DNA from: an uncultured virus (IMG/VR IMGVR_UViG_3300037043_000022)
Taxonomy: Duplodnaviria; Heunggongvirae; Uroviricota; Caudoviricetes
IMG/VR virus record: IMGVR_UViG_3300037043_000022
Direction: 5' to 3' (one strand)
DNA length: 64,000 nucleotides
Each line of letters starts with the position of its first letter. The first letter of the stretch is position 1. Positions 21,152-32,021 of the stretch are shown here, piece by piece. Under the pieces are notes generated by a model that saw only the letters and a program-made list of their open reading frames with translations, had not been told where the DNA came from and made no database searches. Position numbers and translations under genes: made by a program.

Positions 21152-21458
21152 ATTAATAAGGTTGTTTGCGCAACCGGAAGACATAACCGTAGAGGTGATC
21201 GGAAAATTAGAAAACAAGAAAATATCGATCGTAGTCATCGTAGATTCCGAATTTGAGGTAATAATGTTTGAGAAAATAATTGACGACGAACATATAGAAC
21301 CAGAAATAATCAGAGATAAACTAATCAATAAAATCAACAAAATAAAAAGAATGAATTTCATCAGTCTTGTTGGGATGATGTCAACGGAAGAGTCCACCAA
21401 ACACAAACTAATCTCCATGTCACTAGACGAGGTGAAAAATGACAAAAAAGAAAATTGA
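21135..21458 (+). CDS. Hypothetical protein
   Basis: 107 aa. Confidence 0.6.
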   Translation: MEWYDELIRLFAQPEDITVEVIGKLENKKISIVVIVDSEFEVIMFEKIIDDEHIEPEIIRDKLINKINKIKRMNFISLVGMMSTEESTKHKLISMSLDEVKNDKKEN

Positions 21459-21527
21459 AAAGCAAGATGAGAAAATTGCCAAATTGAGGAATGCAATGCG
21501 ATTCATTGTCGAGATATTGGGTAAACG

Positions 21528-22493
21528 TCAATCAAACATCGAGATGTCATCAAAGAAGGCATCTATGACGTTTCGCACAAACGTTTCACAAGAGTAAAGA
21601 TCAGCCGTGTGTTGTTTGAGATTCAGGCGATCTGTGTGATGTTCGTTCAATGCGACGCTCAAAAGATTCACCATATCCCTTGCATTAATGTTTGCGTTCA
21701 CGATCATGGTATCGTCAAGATATTCGCCGATGGCACATTGATCGTCAAAATCAATGGCTATGGTCGGCGTACCACATAATCCCGGCTCAATCAATGATGG
21801 ACTTCCTAATGATCTATGATTCTGATGTCTAATGCACACGCAGTGAGACGCCTGCGATATGAGATCGATCTTTTGTGATTCATTTATTTCCCCAAGCATT
21901 ACCGCCCCATATGTTGACTTAAGGTCATGCCTTCCAACGACAAACAGTTGCTGTCCATTTAAACGACAGGCTTCAGCGGCGACGTTCACGCCCCATTGCG
22001 TGACGCACCCAATCATAACCACAGTCTTTTCATCTATAACGACTGATGATTTTTTAATTGGACTACAATGCCGGATCACTTTAATTCGTTTTGATTTTAT
22101 GCAATTAGCTTCTGTCCTACTTCTAACCAATACGCATAAATCATCACAATTCAATTGTCCGACCATGGCAATCTTATTATTATACTGTCGTAATTGGCGC
22201 AAGTGTTTAAGACATACATCAAATCCAAGTCTGACTCCATTTAGATGCCAATCAACGTTTGCTGGAATGATAATTAAATCGAATAAATCCATAAATTCCA
22301 AGGTGGCAGACATTGAGTTTGGTCGGAACGTACCACTAATTAACGGCAAATCAATGTGATGTTTACGCACTGAAATAACGGTCATATCATGATTACCACT
22401 TCCACACATAAATCCATGCCACATTCTTTCTAAATTACCGCTAAATGGTGGCGGTATTTTAACTTCAAATGGATCTATTAAGGCAATCTTCAA
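21528..22493 (-). CDS. Glycosyltransferase, GT-B (GT4-like)
   Basis: MKIALIDP..PPPFSGNLER, LGEINESQK, LIEPGLCGTPTIA. Confidence 0.7.
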   Translation of the reverse strand: MKIALIDPFEVKIPPPFSGNLERMWHGFMCGSGNHDMTVISVRKHHIDLPLISGTFRPNSMSATLEFMDLFDLIIIPANVDWHLNGVRLGFDVCLKHLRQLRQYNNKIAMVGQLNCDDLCVLVRSRTEANCIKSKRIKVIRHCSPIKKSSVVIDEKTVVMIGCVTQWGVNVAAEACRLNGQQLFVVGRHDLKSTYGAVMLGEINESQKIDLISQASHCVCIRHQNHRSLGSPSLIEPGLCGTPTIAIDFDDQCAIGEYLDDTMIVNANINARDMVNLLSVALNEHHTDRLNLKQHTADLYSCETFVRNVIDAFFDDISMFD

Positions 22494-22565
22494 ATCAGTT
22501 CCTCCAAACGTATGTAATTTGTCAAAAATATGTAAAGGAACCGTTTTAGAAAGAGGAGACGAAAA

Positions 22566-22979
22566 ATGCCGGAAGATCTCGATTTGGACACTCCAATTGA
22601 AATACCTGATGAATCAGAAGTTGATGAACCAAAGGCTGACACGCTCAGTTCGCCACAACGTAGAATGATCGGCGATTTCCAGGCGAAGAAATCGCTTGAG
22701 AAATTACGTGATCGCCTTGGTGAAACATCAGGGGAATACCACGATGATGCACCAGAGAAAGGGCCATCATTTTTTACAGAACCGATCGGCCCCATGGGAC
22801 ATCACATAACGGTGTCGTTCAAAAATGGCAAGACAGTAATGAAGATGAACGCCAAGGGAAAAGAAGACACAATTGTCGTTTTTATGGAAAAATTAGTAGA
22901 CGGATATAACGTAGATTCGGCTGTGCGATTCATTAAACAAGCACAGAGAATAATTGCAGAAATACATGCAATGTATTAA
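22566..22979 (+). CDS. Hypothetical protein
   Basis: 137 aa; AGAGGAG RBS. Confidence 0.75.
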   Translation: MPEDLDLDTPIEIPDESEVDEPKADTLSSPQRRMIGDFQAKKSLEKLRDRLGETSGEYHDDAPEKGPSFFTEPIGPMGHHITVSFKNGKTVMKMNAKGKEDTIVVFMEKLVDGYNVDSAVRFIKQAQRIIAEIHAMY

Positions 22980-22987
22980 AAACTTTA

Positions 22988-23388
22988 TGAAAAGACGAAA
23001 ACAAAAGAAGAAACTAGTCTTGTTAATCAATGTCAAAGGCGCATTGGCGAGCTGGCAGATAAGTGCACACATGAAACATCTAGTTGAAGGATTAAAACCA
23101 CATTTAAGAGCATATGAAGTGATAATAATGCCAGTGGTTGATCAACCAACTACATTATATTGGTTAGATGGTAATGCGGATGATTTGTGTGATGTTAAAA
23201 CGTTTGATAATATAAAAGACATTATCAAACCAGTTTTACATGATATATTGGAGGAATGCTTAGAGATAAAACCATCGTCCTTGGTGGTGCCAAACACGGC
23301 ACAAGAAAAGATGCAAGAATTACTGATGAAGAACATGTCCGAATTGGAGAAGAAAATCGATGAATCACACTCTGGCGCACAGACTTAG
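22988..23388 (+). CDS. Hypothetical protein
   Basis: ORF track; start approximate. Confidence 0.6.
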
Positions 23389-24262
23389 AGAAAAAATCGT
23401 TTTTCTCATTGGGGACATTAGACGAATCAAGCATTTTCCATGGATGACATGGGATGTCAATTCGAAACAGATGTCTTATAATGAGGCACTTGATGGCATC
23501 AAAATTTCCAAAGCTGGTGATATTGGGTTACATTTGGACGTAGGATATTTGTCAAATCTTGCCATACCAGGATTCTTTAAACATGCATGGATTCATGTAA
23601 CTGATGGAAATGAATTAGGACGGGCAACCGTCATTGAAGCAATCTCAGAGGGCGTAGTTAGACGACATGCGATGTATCCAGTGTATAGCGATTATGCCAT
23701 AATTTTACGACCACCACAGGACAAAGTAAATCAACACGACACAGAATTAGCCATAAAATATGCAAACAGATTGGAAGGCTGTAAATATGATTCAAAATTC
23801 GAGTTTGACATAGAAGATGCCTTCATAAAATTGGAAGAACTTGACGACGATAGATTGCGGTGCAAAATGTTGGCTATAACTACGGACGAACATGGAGTTG
23901 ATGTCAAACAGAATGAAATTTGTGAACCATTGACTGTCGAGAAGAGAATGACAATTAGAAACATGATGATCCAGAGATTGAAATTAACGGAGGACGAAAT
24001 TACAAATTTAGACGAAAGTAAAAACAACTTAAAAACAACTTTTGGTGCATTCTCGTGCACCGAGGTAGTGTCCTTTGCGTGGTGGCATAGACGTAGAGAA
24101 TTAAGAATCGGTAGAAAAAGATACGCTGGAAAAGAAATAATAACTGCAGATGATTTGTTGAATGGATTCGACATCGTCTGGAAAAGCAAAAACGTCACGG
24201 CTGATGTCGTGCGTAGAAAACTGCCAGAAGTATTGACGCAAAAAATAGCAGATTTTAAATAA
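23360..24262 (+). CDS. Permuted papain-like NlpC/P60 (YiiX/YebB-like) amidase
   Basis: GD, GFFKHAWI, VIEAISEGV, YD..F, FSCTEVV (His before Cys). Confidence 0.8.
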   Translation: MNHTLAHRLREKIVFLIGDIRRIKHFPWMTWDVNSKQMSYNEALDGIKISKAGDIGLHLDVGYLSNLAIPGFFKHAWIHVTDGNELGRATVIEAISEGVVRRHAMYPVYSDYAIILRPPQDKVNQHDTELAIKYANRLEGCKYDSKFEFDIEDAFIKLEELDDDRLRCKMLAITTDEHGVDVKQNEICEPLTVEKRMTIRNMMIQRLKLTEDEITNLDESKNNLKTTFGAFSCTEVVSFAWWHRRRELRIGRKRYAGKEIITADDLLNGFDIVWKSKNVTADVVRRKLPEVLTQKIADFK

Positions 24263-24288
24263 TTCTGGCCGAGACCCAAACAAAGGAG

Positions 24289-24996
24289 ATGGACATGGAA
24301 CAAAGAATCGCCATTCTGGTCGATGTACAGAACATGTTTTATTCTGCAAAAAACCTCAAACAAGCAAAAGTTGATTATGGTTGCTTGTTGAAACAAATTG
24401 TCGGCGATCGACATCTAATAAGGGCGATTGCTTACATTCTCCAAAAAGAGAACATCGATCAATCGTCGTTTCATGATGCACTCAGTAAATTTGGATATGA
24501 ATTAAAGATCAAGGAATTAAAAGTAAGGACGGACCATGAAGGCAAAACGACAATAAGCAGAGATTCGTGGAGCGTCGGACTAACAATCGATGCCATTCGA
24601 CTCGCAAATAAAGTTGACACAATCGTGTTGGTTACCGGCGATGGTGAATATGTATATTTAGTAGAAACATTAAAATCAATAGGTTGTAGGGTTGAAATTG
24701 TAAGTTTCGATCGATCGACTGCTGGTGAATTAATTAAAGCTGCAAATCAATATACGCCAATCCAGGATTCATGGATTTTCAAAGAGAAGAAATTTGAAAA
24801 ACCAGATGAAAAACGTATCGATGTCGAAGAGGAACAAAATGATTCAATTGGTCTTCTTGGTTCAACCGCCGCTGGTAAGACAATCATAGATGGTCTGCCA
24901 AGAGACGACGACGACATCGACGACCTCGATGAGGTGGATGTTGAAGTGAGTAAAACCGATAAGAACAAATCAAATAAATTTGGTATATTTGGATGA
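24289..24996 (+). CDS. NYN-domain (LabA/DUF88) protein
   Basis: ILVDVQNMFY, LTIDAI, LVTGDGEY, GCRVEIV. Confidence 0.92.
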   Translation: MDMEQRIAILVDVQNMFYSAKNLKQAKVDYGCLLKQIVGDRHLIRAIAYILQKENIDQSSFHDALSKFGYELKIKELKVRTDHEGKTTISRDSWSVGLTIDAIRLANKVDTIVLVTGDGEYVYLVETLKSIGCRVEIVSFDRSTAGELIKAANQYTPIQDSWIFKEKKFEKPDEKRIDVEEEQNDSIGLLGSTAAGKTIIDGLPRDDDDIDDLDEVDVEVSKTDKNKSNKFGIFG

Positions 24997-25247
24997 TGAC
25001 GTTCGCCGTCATTTATAAAGAGAAAGACAAAGGTTGGCAAATCTCTCACATAACTAGTGGGGATGATGGTCGCATATTGGCATTCTGTGGTGCCAACGAC
25101 ATTAGAGAACAGGAAGCATCGTACAATAAAAAGACCAAAGTAGAAGTTGTAGATTATGATGAATTTCACATGGGAAAATATAAACCACTAAAATGGACCA
25201 CTTCGACAAATGACATAATCAGAATGATAGACAAATTCACTACCTGA
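24993..25247 (+). CDS. Hypothetical protein
   Basis: 84 aa; coupled. Confidence 0.6.
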   Translation: MMTFAVIYKEKDKGWQISHITSGDDGRILAFCGANDIREQEASYNKKTKVEVVDYDEFHMGKYKPLKWTTSTNDIIRMIDKFTT

Positions 25248-25261
25248 AGTATTTCAAAAAC

Positions 25262-26461
25262 ATGAATGAGAATAAAGAAATTAGAGAACTCAAGACGAGA
25301 GTAAGTCTATTAGAACAACATGTCGATCGCATGCGCATAGATCATATCGAAAGACAATTAAATGCAAGATTGATTAAACCACCGCTTCCTCAAATGCGAA
25401 CCGAACAAACCAAGAAGACCAAATTAGTATTATGTAGCAATTGTTCACCCGGTGACATTGTGATGTTGACTGCTGCCGTGCGTGATCTTCATGTCAATCA
25501 CCCAAATAAATTTCAGACTGACGTCTGTACTACGGCCATGCAATTATGGGACAACAATCCATACGTTACCCGATTAAATGGATGGAATGAGACGTTAGTG
25601 AATACGCCGAATGGATTAATTAAGAAAATAACGTCTAACGACAAAGACATAGGAGTCGTGGAATGTAATTATCCGTTGATTGACAATTCATTTGGACCAG
25701 ACTCTGGCAGTAATCATTCACCGCATCATTTCATTCATGGTTATATCAGGAATTTAGAAGACCAACTGAACATAAGAATAAAACCAACCAAATTCAAGGG
25801 CGACATTCATCTCTCTAAAGCTGAGAAAAATTGGACGTCACAGGCTGAGGAACATGGAATCAAGAACTTCTGGATAATCATAGCAGGTGGCAAAAATGAC
25901 TTTACCGCAAAATGGTGGAATCCTGCATACTATCAAGCAGTCGTTGACCATTTTAAGGATAAAATAAATTTCGTACAATGTGGTGAGATTAGCAATGGTC
26001 ATTGGCACCAACCATTGAAAAATGTGTTGGATTTGCGTGGTAAAACCGACACCAGACAATTTATAAGATTGATGCATCATGCAAGTGGTGTAGTATGCCC
26101 AGTCACGTTCGCCATGCATCTGGCGGCGGCTGTAGAAACTAAGGGGACGCCAAAAAATAGAGCATGTGTAGTGATAGCCGGTGGGCGGGAACCATCACAA
26201 TGGGAAGCATACCCACATCATCAATACATACACACAAATGGTGCTTTATTATGTTGTGATGACGGTGGCTGTTGGTGTTCCAGATGTCAATTAATTGGTG
26301 ATGGTGACGAAAAGGATGAGAAAAATTTATGCTCCAATCCGATCCAAATAACGTCGGAGCTGCGAATCCCCAAATGCATGAACATGATTGCTCCAGAGGA
26401 AGTTATTAGGCGAATTGAATTATATTATGAAGGGGGCGCTCTACAATATGCACACGCTTAG
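25262..26461 (+). CDS. Glycosyltransferase family 9 (heptosyltransferase-like)
   Basis: PGDIVMLTAAVRDL, NNPYV, KWW, DLRGKT, FAMHLAAAV. Confidence 0.88.
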   Translation: MNENKEIRELKTRVSLLEQHVDRMRIDHIERQLNARLIKPPLPQMRTEQTKKTKLVLCSNCSPGDIVMLTAAVRDLHVNHPNKFQTDVCTTAMQLWDNNPYVTRLNGWNETLVNTPNGLIKKITSNDKDIGVVECNYPLIDNSFGPDSGSNHSPHHFIHGYIRNLEDQLNIRIKPTKFKGDIHLSKAEKNWTSQAEEHGIKNFWIIIAGGKNDFTAKWWNPAYYQAVVDHFKDKINFVQCGEISNGHWHQPLKNVLDLRGKTDTRQFIRLMHHASGVVCPVTFAMHLAAAVETKGTPKNRACVVIAGGREPSQWEAYPHHQYIHTNGALLCCDDGGCWCSRCQLIGDGDEKDEKNLCSNPIQITSELRIPKCMNMIAPEEVIRRIELYYEGGALQYAHA

Positions 26462-27308
26462 GATATATGCTGATGTCGGTTGGAATAAATACCCAGCGAA
26501 TGATTTGTGCAATTATTTTAGACAGCGAATTACGGTCGAAATTCTAGACAAAAACAAATTCCCATATCAGACGACGCATACGAAATATGATATGTCCGGC
26601 CAAATGCATCGTACGATTGTATTACAACGATCAAATGACACATTTATCATATTTGATTTCGATGATAAACCACATTTTAATAGAATATCTGGATTAATGG
26701 CTCACCCAAAATGCATTGCTATTTTGAAATCGCAATTTCAACCAGGAATCTCCGATAGTGACATTAGAGTGAAACCATATGTCTATTGGGTAAGGAATCC
26801 AGAGACATATAATGAATTGAGAAGTGAATTGTTAGTGACCGAAAAAATTGAGAATAAACTGTTTTATGTTGGGTCAGAAGGACGCAATAGAAAACCCATG
26901 TTGGATTCAATGAGAAACATTTTGAATGAGAACGTAAAATTAGAACATGGAATATATCTTCAGACGTTATCTAAACATAAAATTGCGCTCTCATTGCCTG
27001 GTTCTGGGAATTTTTGTCATAGAGAGTTAGAATGTTTTGGCATTGGCGTACTCGTGTTAATGCCTAAATTGATCAATAAATATTACAATGATTTAATTCC
27101 AGGAGTGCATTATGTCCCAATAACGGCTGGCAATGCAATCAAGAAATATTATGACGTCATTAATGATGATGATTTCAGAATGAGAATCACTGCAAATGCC
27201 CTGGCATGGTATGACGCCAACATAGCGTTTCCAAACAACATAAAACTCATTGAGGAAATAATGGAAGGATCTAATTCAGATGATTGTCGGAATTTTTTCA
27301 AAATTTGA
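26448..27308 (+). CDS. Putative glycosyltransferase (GT90/GT47-like C-terminal domain)
   Basis: KIALSLPGSG..CHRELE, LIPGVHYVPI. Confidence 0.7.
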   Translation: MHTLRIYADVGWNKYPANDLCNYFRQRITVEILDKNKFPYQTTHTKYDMSGQMHRTIVLQRSNDTFIIFDFDDKPHFNRISGLMAHPKCIAILKSQFQPGISDSDIRVKPYVYWVRNPETYNELRSELLVTEKIENKLFYVGSEGRNRKPMLDSMRNILNENVKLEHGIYLQTLSKHKIALSLPGSGNFCHRELECFGIGVLVLMPKLINKYYNDLIPGVHYVPITAGNAIKKYYDVINDDDFRMRITANALAWYDANIAFPNNIKLIEEIMEGSNSDDCRNFFKI

Positions 27309-28350
27309 AGTGTCCGGTGGATCAGAGTTTAGATGCATTGAAATGGCGAATTCAATCGCCAGACATACGCCACATAAACCGATATTGTTTGCGGAAGGTA
27401 GATTGTTGGATTCAATCAGACAGAGATTGATGCCCGAAATAGAAGTGCGGTCGAACGTCTTTAAACCAGAACCAAACCCCGAAAACATAATGAGGTTATA
27501 CGACGTTGACACGTTGTTGACGGTAAACACTGACAGTTATTCATTTTCGAAATTGGATTATTGGGAAGGTAGAACGGAACATCACAAATGTTTTGTCGAT
27601 TTGACCAAAATTAAACAAATGGCATTCTTATATAACTTCGTGATCAGCCCATCTACTAATTTACCAGGAATAGAGGAAAAATGCAAAGACATTAGGATAT
27701 TGGTTGGTAACAAACGTTTTATGGATGAAATTAATGGCAAGAAAGATAAATTACGAGTCGTACAACATTATCCGCGCATGTTATTACATAGCCCAATTGA
27801 TGTGACATCAGTCGACCCGGATAAAGACCAGAGTAATAAAATCAGAATTGGTAAACATTCCAAAGCATATGGTAATAAATTTAATTCAGACCATGCTAAA
27901 TTGATACGAGCGGTCAATGAAAGATATGGTGATAAAATTGTTTGGGATTTCTTAGGAGTGCCGGGCAACAAAATTGATTCAATTAAGGATATATCGAATG
28001 TCATAATCCGAAAAGAATTCTCAATTTCAGTAAAACAATATTTGAGGAACATCGACATATTCTTGTTTTATCTAGAGTATGATCGAATAGAACCATGGTC
28101 AAGATCGACAGCCGAGGCAATGGTTGCTGGTTGTCCAATTATAGCAAACAACAGAGGGGGCAACATAGAACAAATATTGCCTGGTAGCAATGGATATTTA
28201 TGTAATGGATATGATGATTTCTTAATGTGGACGACCCATTTGCTTGACAATCCAGACAAAATAAAACTTTTAGGTAGGAACGCTCAAATTTATGCCAAGC
28301 AATTTAAATCCGAGAAAATAATAAACCAATTTTTTGATTTCATTGCATGA
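27280..28350 (+). CDS. Glycosyltransferase family 4
   Basis: GGSE; EPWSRSTAEAMVAGCPIIANNRGGNIEQI. Confidence 0.9.
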   Translation: MIVGIFSKFEVSGGSEFRCIEMANSIARHTPHKPILFAEGRLLDSIRQRLMPEIEVRSNVFKPEPNPENIMRLYDVDTLLTVNTDSYSFSKLDYWEGRTEHHKCFVDLTKIKQMAFLYNFVISPSTNLPGIEEKCKDIRILVGNKRFMDEINGKKDKLRVVQHYPRMLLHSPIDVTSVDPDKDQSNKIRIGKHSKAYGNKFNSDHAKLIRAVNERYGDKIVWDFLGVPGNKIDSIKDISNVIIRKEFSISVKQYLRNIDIFLFYLEYDRIEPWSRSTAEAMVAGCPIIANNRGGNIEQILPGSNGYLCNGYDDFLMWTTHLLDNPDKIKLLGRNAQIYAKQFKSEKIINQFFDFIA

Positions 28351-28918
28351 AAATGGTATTTGATCTTGTCTTAGCTACAATTTTATAATCATTGGATGTC
28401 ATGAATGGCACAATGTTTTGATCATGTTCAGTTTCCACGCAGATGATTGGGATTCTACGTTTCTTTAGATTCATGCTTTTTAATATCGTCAGATCATATC
28501 CTTCGGCATCAATCGAGACGAGATCCGGAATTTTTCTAAAATAATCGAGAACATCATTGATGTTGCATGCTGATGCCGTTACCTGTCGTTTATGTTCCGG
28601 TGGTTTCGTCGACACTATTCTACTACCACCGCCATGACGACCCTTAACGCGAACATAGACCTCCGATTCAGCGCCATCATAGATCACACCTTCTATCAAT
28701 ATGTCCCTAGGCCGTTTTTCTCTTATTAATTTACAATTCCATGGAAGTGGATCAACCAATACCCCGTGGAATCCTTTTTGATAAAAATAGTATGTATTGT
28801 TGATTATAATAGGATCACCAGCACCTATGTCAACATATGATATGTCTTTTTTACCCAAATCAACAAGAAATTTATCCATCAATAAATCTTCATTGTCTTG
28901 TGCGTATGATTGAGTCAT
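28340..28918 (-). CDS. FkbM-family methyltransferase
   Basis: SYAQDNED, YVDIGAGDP, SIDAEGYD, IICVE. Confidence 0.9.
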   Translation of the reverse strand: MTQSYAQDNEDLLMDKFLVDLGKKDISYVDIGAGDPIIINNTYYFYQKGFHGVLVDPLPWNCKLIREKRPRDILIEGVIYDGAESEVYVRVKGRHGGGSRIVSTKPPEHKRQVTASACNINDVLDYFRKIPDLVSIDAEGYDLTILKSMNLKKRRIPIICVETEHDQNIVPFMTSNDYKIVAKTRSNTIFMQ

Positions 28919-29747
28919 CTAAATTCTCCACGAAATCCAGAGCTGAATTACAGAAACGTGCACCTTTCCCGAAATATATATCATCTAAGTCCTTGACTGG
29001 TCTCTGATTTCTAATTATATATGTAGGACTGCGGACGCTACATGAAACATGTGCGAATCCACTATCCACGCCGACGAACAATTTGCACTTCGACAAGTGG
29101 TTTACACATTCATTTAGAGACAAATGACCGCCTAATTTAATTGGTGATAATCCATGTGATTGTAGAGAATCAATAATTAATTTCTCATGATCTTTAGTCA
29201 TGTTTTTCGCGCCTTTATGTGACTTGCCATCAAATTGATAACAAAAGGTAGTAGAATTCGATTCTGATGGATGACCACAAATTGGAATGTCCATCCATCT
29301 AATCTTTGTAGGAAAATATGGTATATATCCTATGTTCTGATGTCTTATCTTTATTGTAGGATCACCATCAACAAAATTCATCGATCCAGTCGAATCAATC
29401 AATGGAATTATTTCTGCCGCCTTGCGTTCGAATTCGCGCCTCCTTTGTGATTTCATATAATATTTAGATAATTTCAATTTGGTACCAAAATCTTCACTCA
29501 ATTTATAAAAATAACAGATTGATCCCCATACGTCACCCAGCCCACGACCATTCACAGAAAATATCTCTTCGGTAATTCTGAATTTCGTATCTATAAAATA
29601 ATGATTCGTATGTCTGTCCGTGATTGGAGGTATGGATTGTTTAATGTCTATGGGTTGCTTAGTGATTTCTTTTAATCTGTGTGTCATCCACGGCGGCACT
29701 GGCATCATCTTTAGCTCCAATCTCATATTATTTACGAAAATAACCAC
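28890..29747 (-). CDS. GT9-like glycosyltransferase
   Basis: GLGDV; FVGVDSGFAHVS. Confidence 0.7.
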   Translation of the reverse strand: MVIFVNNMRLELKMMPVPPWMTHRLKEITKQPIDIKQSIPPITDRHTNHYFIDTKFRITEEIFSVNGRGLGDVWGSICYFYKLSEDFGTKLKLSKYYMKSQRRREFERKAAEIIPLIDSTGSMNFVDGDPTIKIRHQNIGYIPYFPTKIRWMDIPICGHPSESNSTTFCYQFDGKSHKGAKNMTKDHEKLIIDSLQSHGLSPIKLGGHLSLNECVNHLSKCKLFVGVDSGFAHVSCSVRSPTYIIRNQRPVKDLDDIYFGKGARFCNSALDFVENLDDSIIRTRQ

Positions 29748-29753
29748 AAACGG

Positions 29754-30080
29754 ATGATGAAAGATTCAGAAGGATTTGAAATGCACAATGAGCTAAGTAT
29801 TTATGAAGTTCAGAGATTAATAGGTCTCGGAATGGACTGCGAGGAGCAAAGAATGAAACAGACGCAAGGAACACTCATAACAGGAACGAAAGAAGAGGTT
29901 CTTGGTACAACCACAACAGCTACAAAATTGTCGTGGACTTTCGTTATTCCTTTTGATTTATGTCAACACGAAAACGGCACATATAGTTCAATTCCTGCAC
30001 GTTTATTTGGTCGTCGGATTGTATTCGTTTGTGTTGATTGTGGACACATACTTGATGCCAAGACTATGCAGAAGGTATGA
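29754..30080 (+). CDS. Hypothetical protein
   Basis: 108 aa; CxH...CxxC. Confidence 0.6.
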   Translation: MMKDSEGFEMHNELSIYEVQRLIGLGMDCEEQRMKQTQGTLITGTKEEVLGTTTTATKLSWTFVIPFDLCQHENGTYSSIPARLFGRRIVFVCVDCGHILDAKTMQKV

Positions 30081-30084
30081 TTCG

Positions 30085-30813
30085 ATGGCATTTCACAAGA
30101 TTTCACTTTGTACCACTTGTATGGGTAGGTTGCATCATTTATGTGAGACATTACCCAAGAATATTGAAGACAACATCTATCCAAACGTAGAATTTGTGAT
30201 CCTAAATTATAATTCACCAGACAATTTAGACGAATGGATGAAGCAATATGTGCAATTAATGGACGATGGTAAGATCCTGTATCTGAAAGAAAGCACCATA
30301 AGATTCTACAGCATGACACATTCAAGGAACGTTGCCTTCAAAGCGGCAACTGGGGACATCGTTTGCAACGTTGATGCTGATAATTTCACCGGCAATTTCG
30401 CAACTGAATTAAATAGATTAGCAAACGAAATGGGTACGAAAACGTTGTTTTCGAAAGGTAAAAGATTATTGCATGGACGATTGGGATTTTTTAAAAGTGA
30501 TTTCATTAATATGGGTGGTTATGATGAAGACATAATTGGTTATGGTCATGACGATAGAGACATGTTTGACAGAGCTATGGCATTAGGTTTTAAGATCGGA
30601 AGATTCGAGGGTAATGTCTACATCAACAGATTGCATCATGCAAGAGCTGATCGGGTCAAGTATATGCTGGAGAAGAATCGTAGGGCAATGGAAGAAAGAA
30701 ATAGAGCAATATCAATGAAAAAATTGAAAGATGGGATGTTGGTAGCCAACGTCGACAAAAATTGGGGATCAGCCACGTTGTTGAAGAATTTTAGGGAGAC
30801 GATCACACAATGA
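30085..30813 (+). CDS. GT-A glycosyltransferase (GT2 with GT7-like C-terminus)
   Basis: ISLCTTCMGR, SRNVAF, NVDAD, GGYDEDIIGYGHDD. Confidence 0.88.
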   Translation: MAFHKISLCTTCMGRLHHLCETLPKNIEDNIYPNVEFVILNYNSPDNLDEWMKQYVQLMDDGKILYLKESTIRFYSMTHSRNVAFKAATGDIVCNVDADNFTGNFATELNRLANEMGTKTLFSKGKRLLHGRLGFFKSDFINMGGYDEDIIGYGHDDRDMFDRAMALGFKIGRFEGNVYINRLHHARADRVKYMLEKNRRAMEERNRAISMKKLKDGMLVANVDKNWGSATLLKNFRETITQ

Positions 30814-31523
30814 AAAACGTGATTACCTGTTATCTTAAAAAGCAGAAAGACTTTCATTATTTCGAATCATATTTGAAGGCACAAATCGACAATAGCATCG
30901 AACTTGGTTGGTCGACTGATTCAATCATATTGGTGACTAATTTCGATTTTGAATTTATGGGCGTCAAGGCAATGAAGATGGATTTAAATCCAGGGGGATG
31001 CTTAACCGGTAGTAAGACATTCTCAACTTTATTGTTGCTCAAACACGGAATGAACGAACCATTCTGGGCGCATGATTTAGATGCATGGCAACAAATAAAA
31101 TTTGATATGCCAGAATTTACAGACATAGGGGTCACGACATACTCAGTAGAAAGAAAAATCAATGGTGGCAGCATGTTCATACGGCCATCAGCTATTGATA
31201 TGGTCCAAGAAATCGTAAATGAGATTGAACGACAACAATCGAAAAAAGAAGAACCAATAATCAGGAAAATCCTAAATTTAGATCAATATAAAGGTAGAAT
31301 AACGATTGTGGACCAAACATTCAACGTCGGATGTTCTGGATTTTGGAAGAGATATTATAGGGCATCTAAACCAATTCATGTGTTTCATTTCCATCCAGAA
31401 ATGAAAGGAACGAGAGCAAGGGTAACCATGGCAATTGACGAGAATGGACAACAAGTCATGGATGATAGAACTAAGGCAGTGTTTGCAAGATATTGGCCTA
31501 ATACCACGCCTACAAACATATAA
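30810..31523 (+). CDS. Putative nucleotide-diphospho-sugar transferase (GT-A)
   Basis: HDLD (DxD), NGGSMF, HFH. Confidence 0.6.
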   Translation: MKNVITCYLKKQKDFHYFESYLKAQIDNSIELGWSTDSIILVTNFDFEFMGVKAMKMDLNPGGCLTGSKTFSTLLLLKHGMNEPFWAHDLDAWQQIKFDMPEFTDIGVTTYSVERKINGGSMFIRPSAIDMVQEIVNEIERQQSKKEEPIIRKILNLDQYKGRITIVDQTFNVGCSGFWKRYYRASKPIHVFHFHPEMKGTRARVTMAIDENGQQVMDDRTKAVFARYWPNTTPTNI

Positions 31524-31524
31524 T

Positions 31525-32019
31525 ATGGAACATAAAACGACATTGTTCTTAGGAAATGATGAGTATGGGGCACACGGTTGGCATCTGTCACACGTCGGGC
31601 GTAGAATATATAAGACACAACAAGGAACATGGATGAATGCACAAATCACAACGGACATAGATTGTATTATGACGGCAGAATTAATGAAATATACGTCATT
31701 TCTAGTCATGGGTGATCGGCAGGTCATAGAGAAAGATGAACCGGTATCAGAAATTAGAGTTTGCGTAGCAGACAAAACACCAGCTGGGAAATGCGTTCCA
31801 TGCGATCCATATACTCCATTTCTTACTTGTAGAAAATGTATAGTGATCGACATGTTTAATGCTAGTGAAGACGAGAAGGGCATCCCAGACAATGTCATGA
31901 ATGATCTGCTGTCATTGATCAAGGAATATTGTAAAAAGAAAGAAGAAGCCCTAGGGAATTGTGTTTATATTCCGCCTAAAAACTATCCGGACATTAATGT
32001 AAAAGCAGCAGCAATGTAA
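31525..32019 (+). CDS. Hypothetical protein
   Basis: ORF track; start at MEHKTT. Confidence 0.6.
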   Translation: MEHKTTLFLGNDEYGAHGWHLSHVGRRIYKTQQGTWMNAQITTDIDCIMTAELMKYTSFLVMGDRQVIEKDEPVSEIRVCVADKTPAGKCVPCDPYTPFLTCRKCIVIDMFNASEDEKGIPDNVMNDLLSLIKEYCKKKEEALGNCVYIPPKNYPDINVKAAAM

Positions 32020-32021
32020 GG

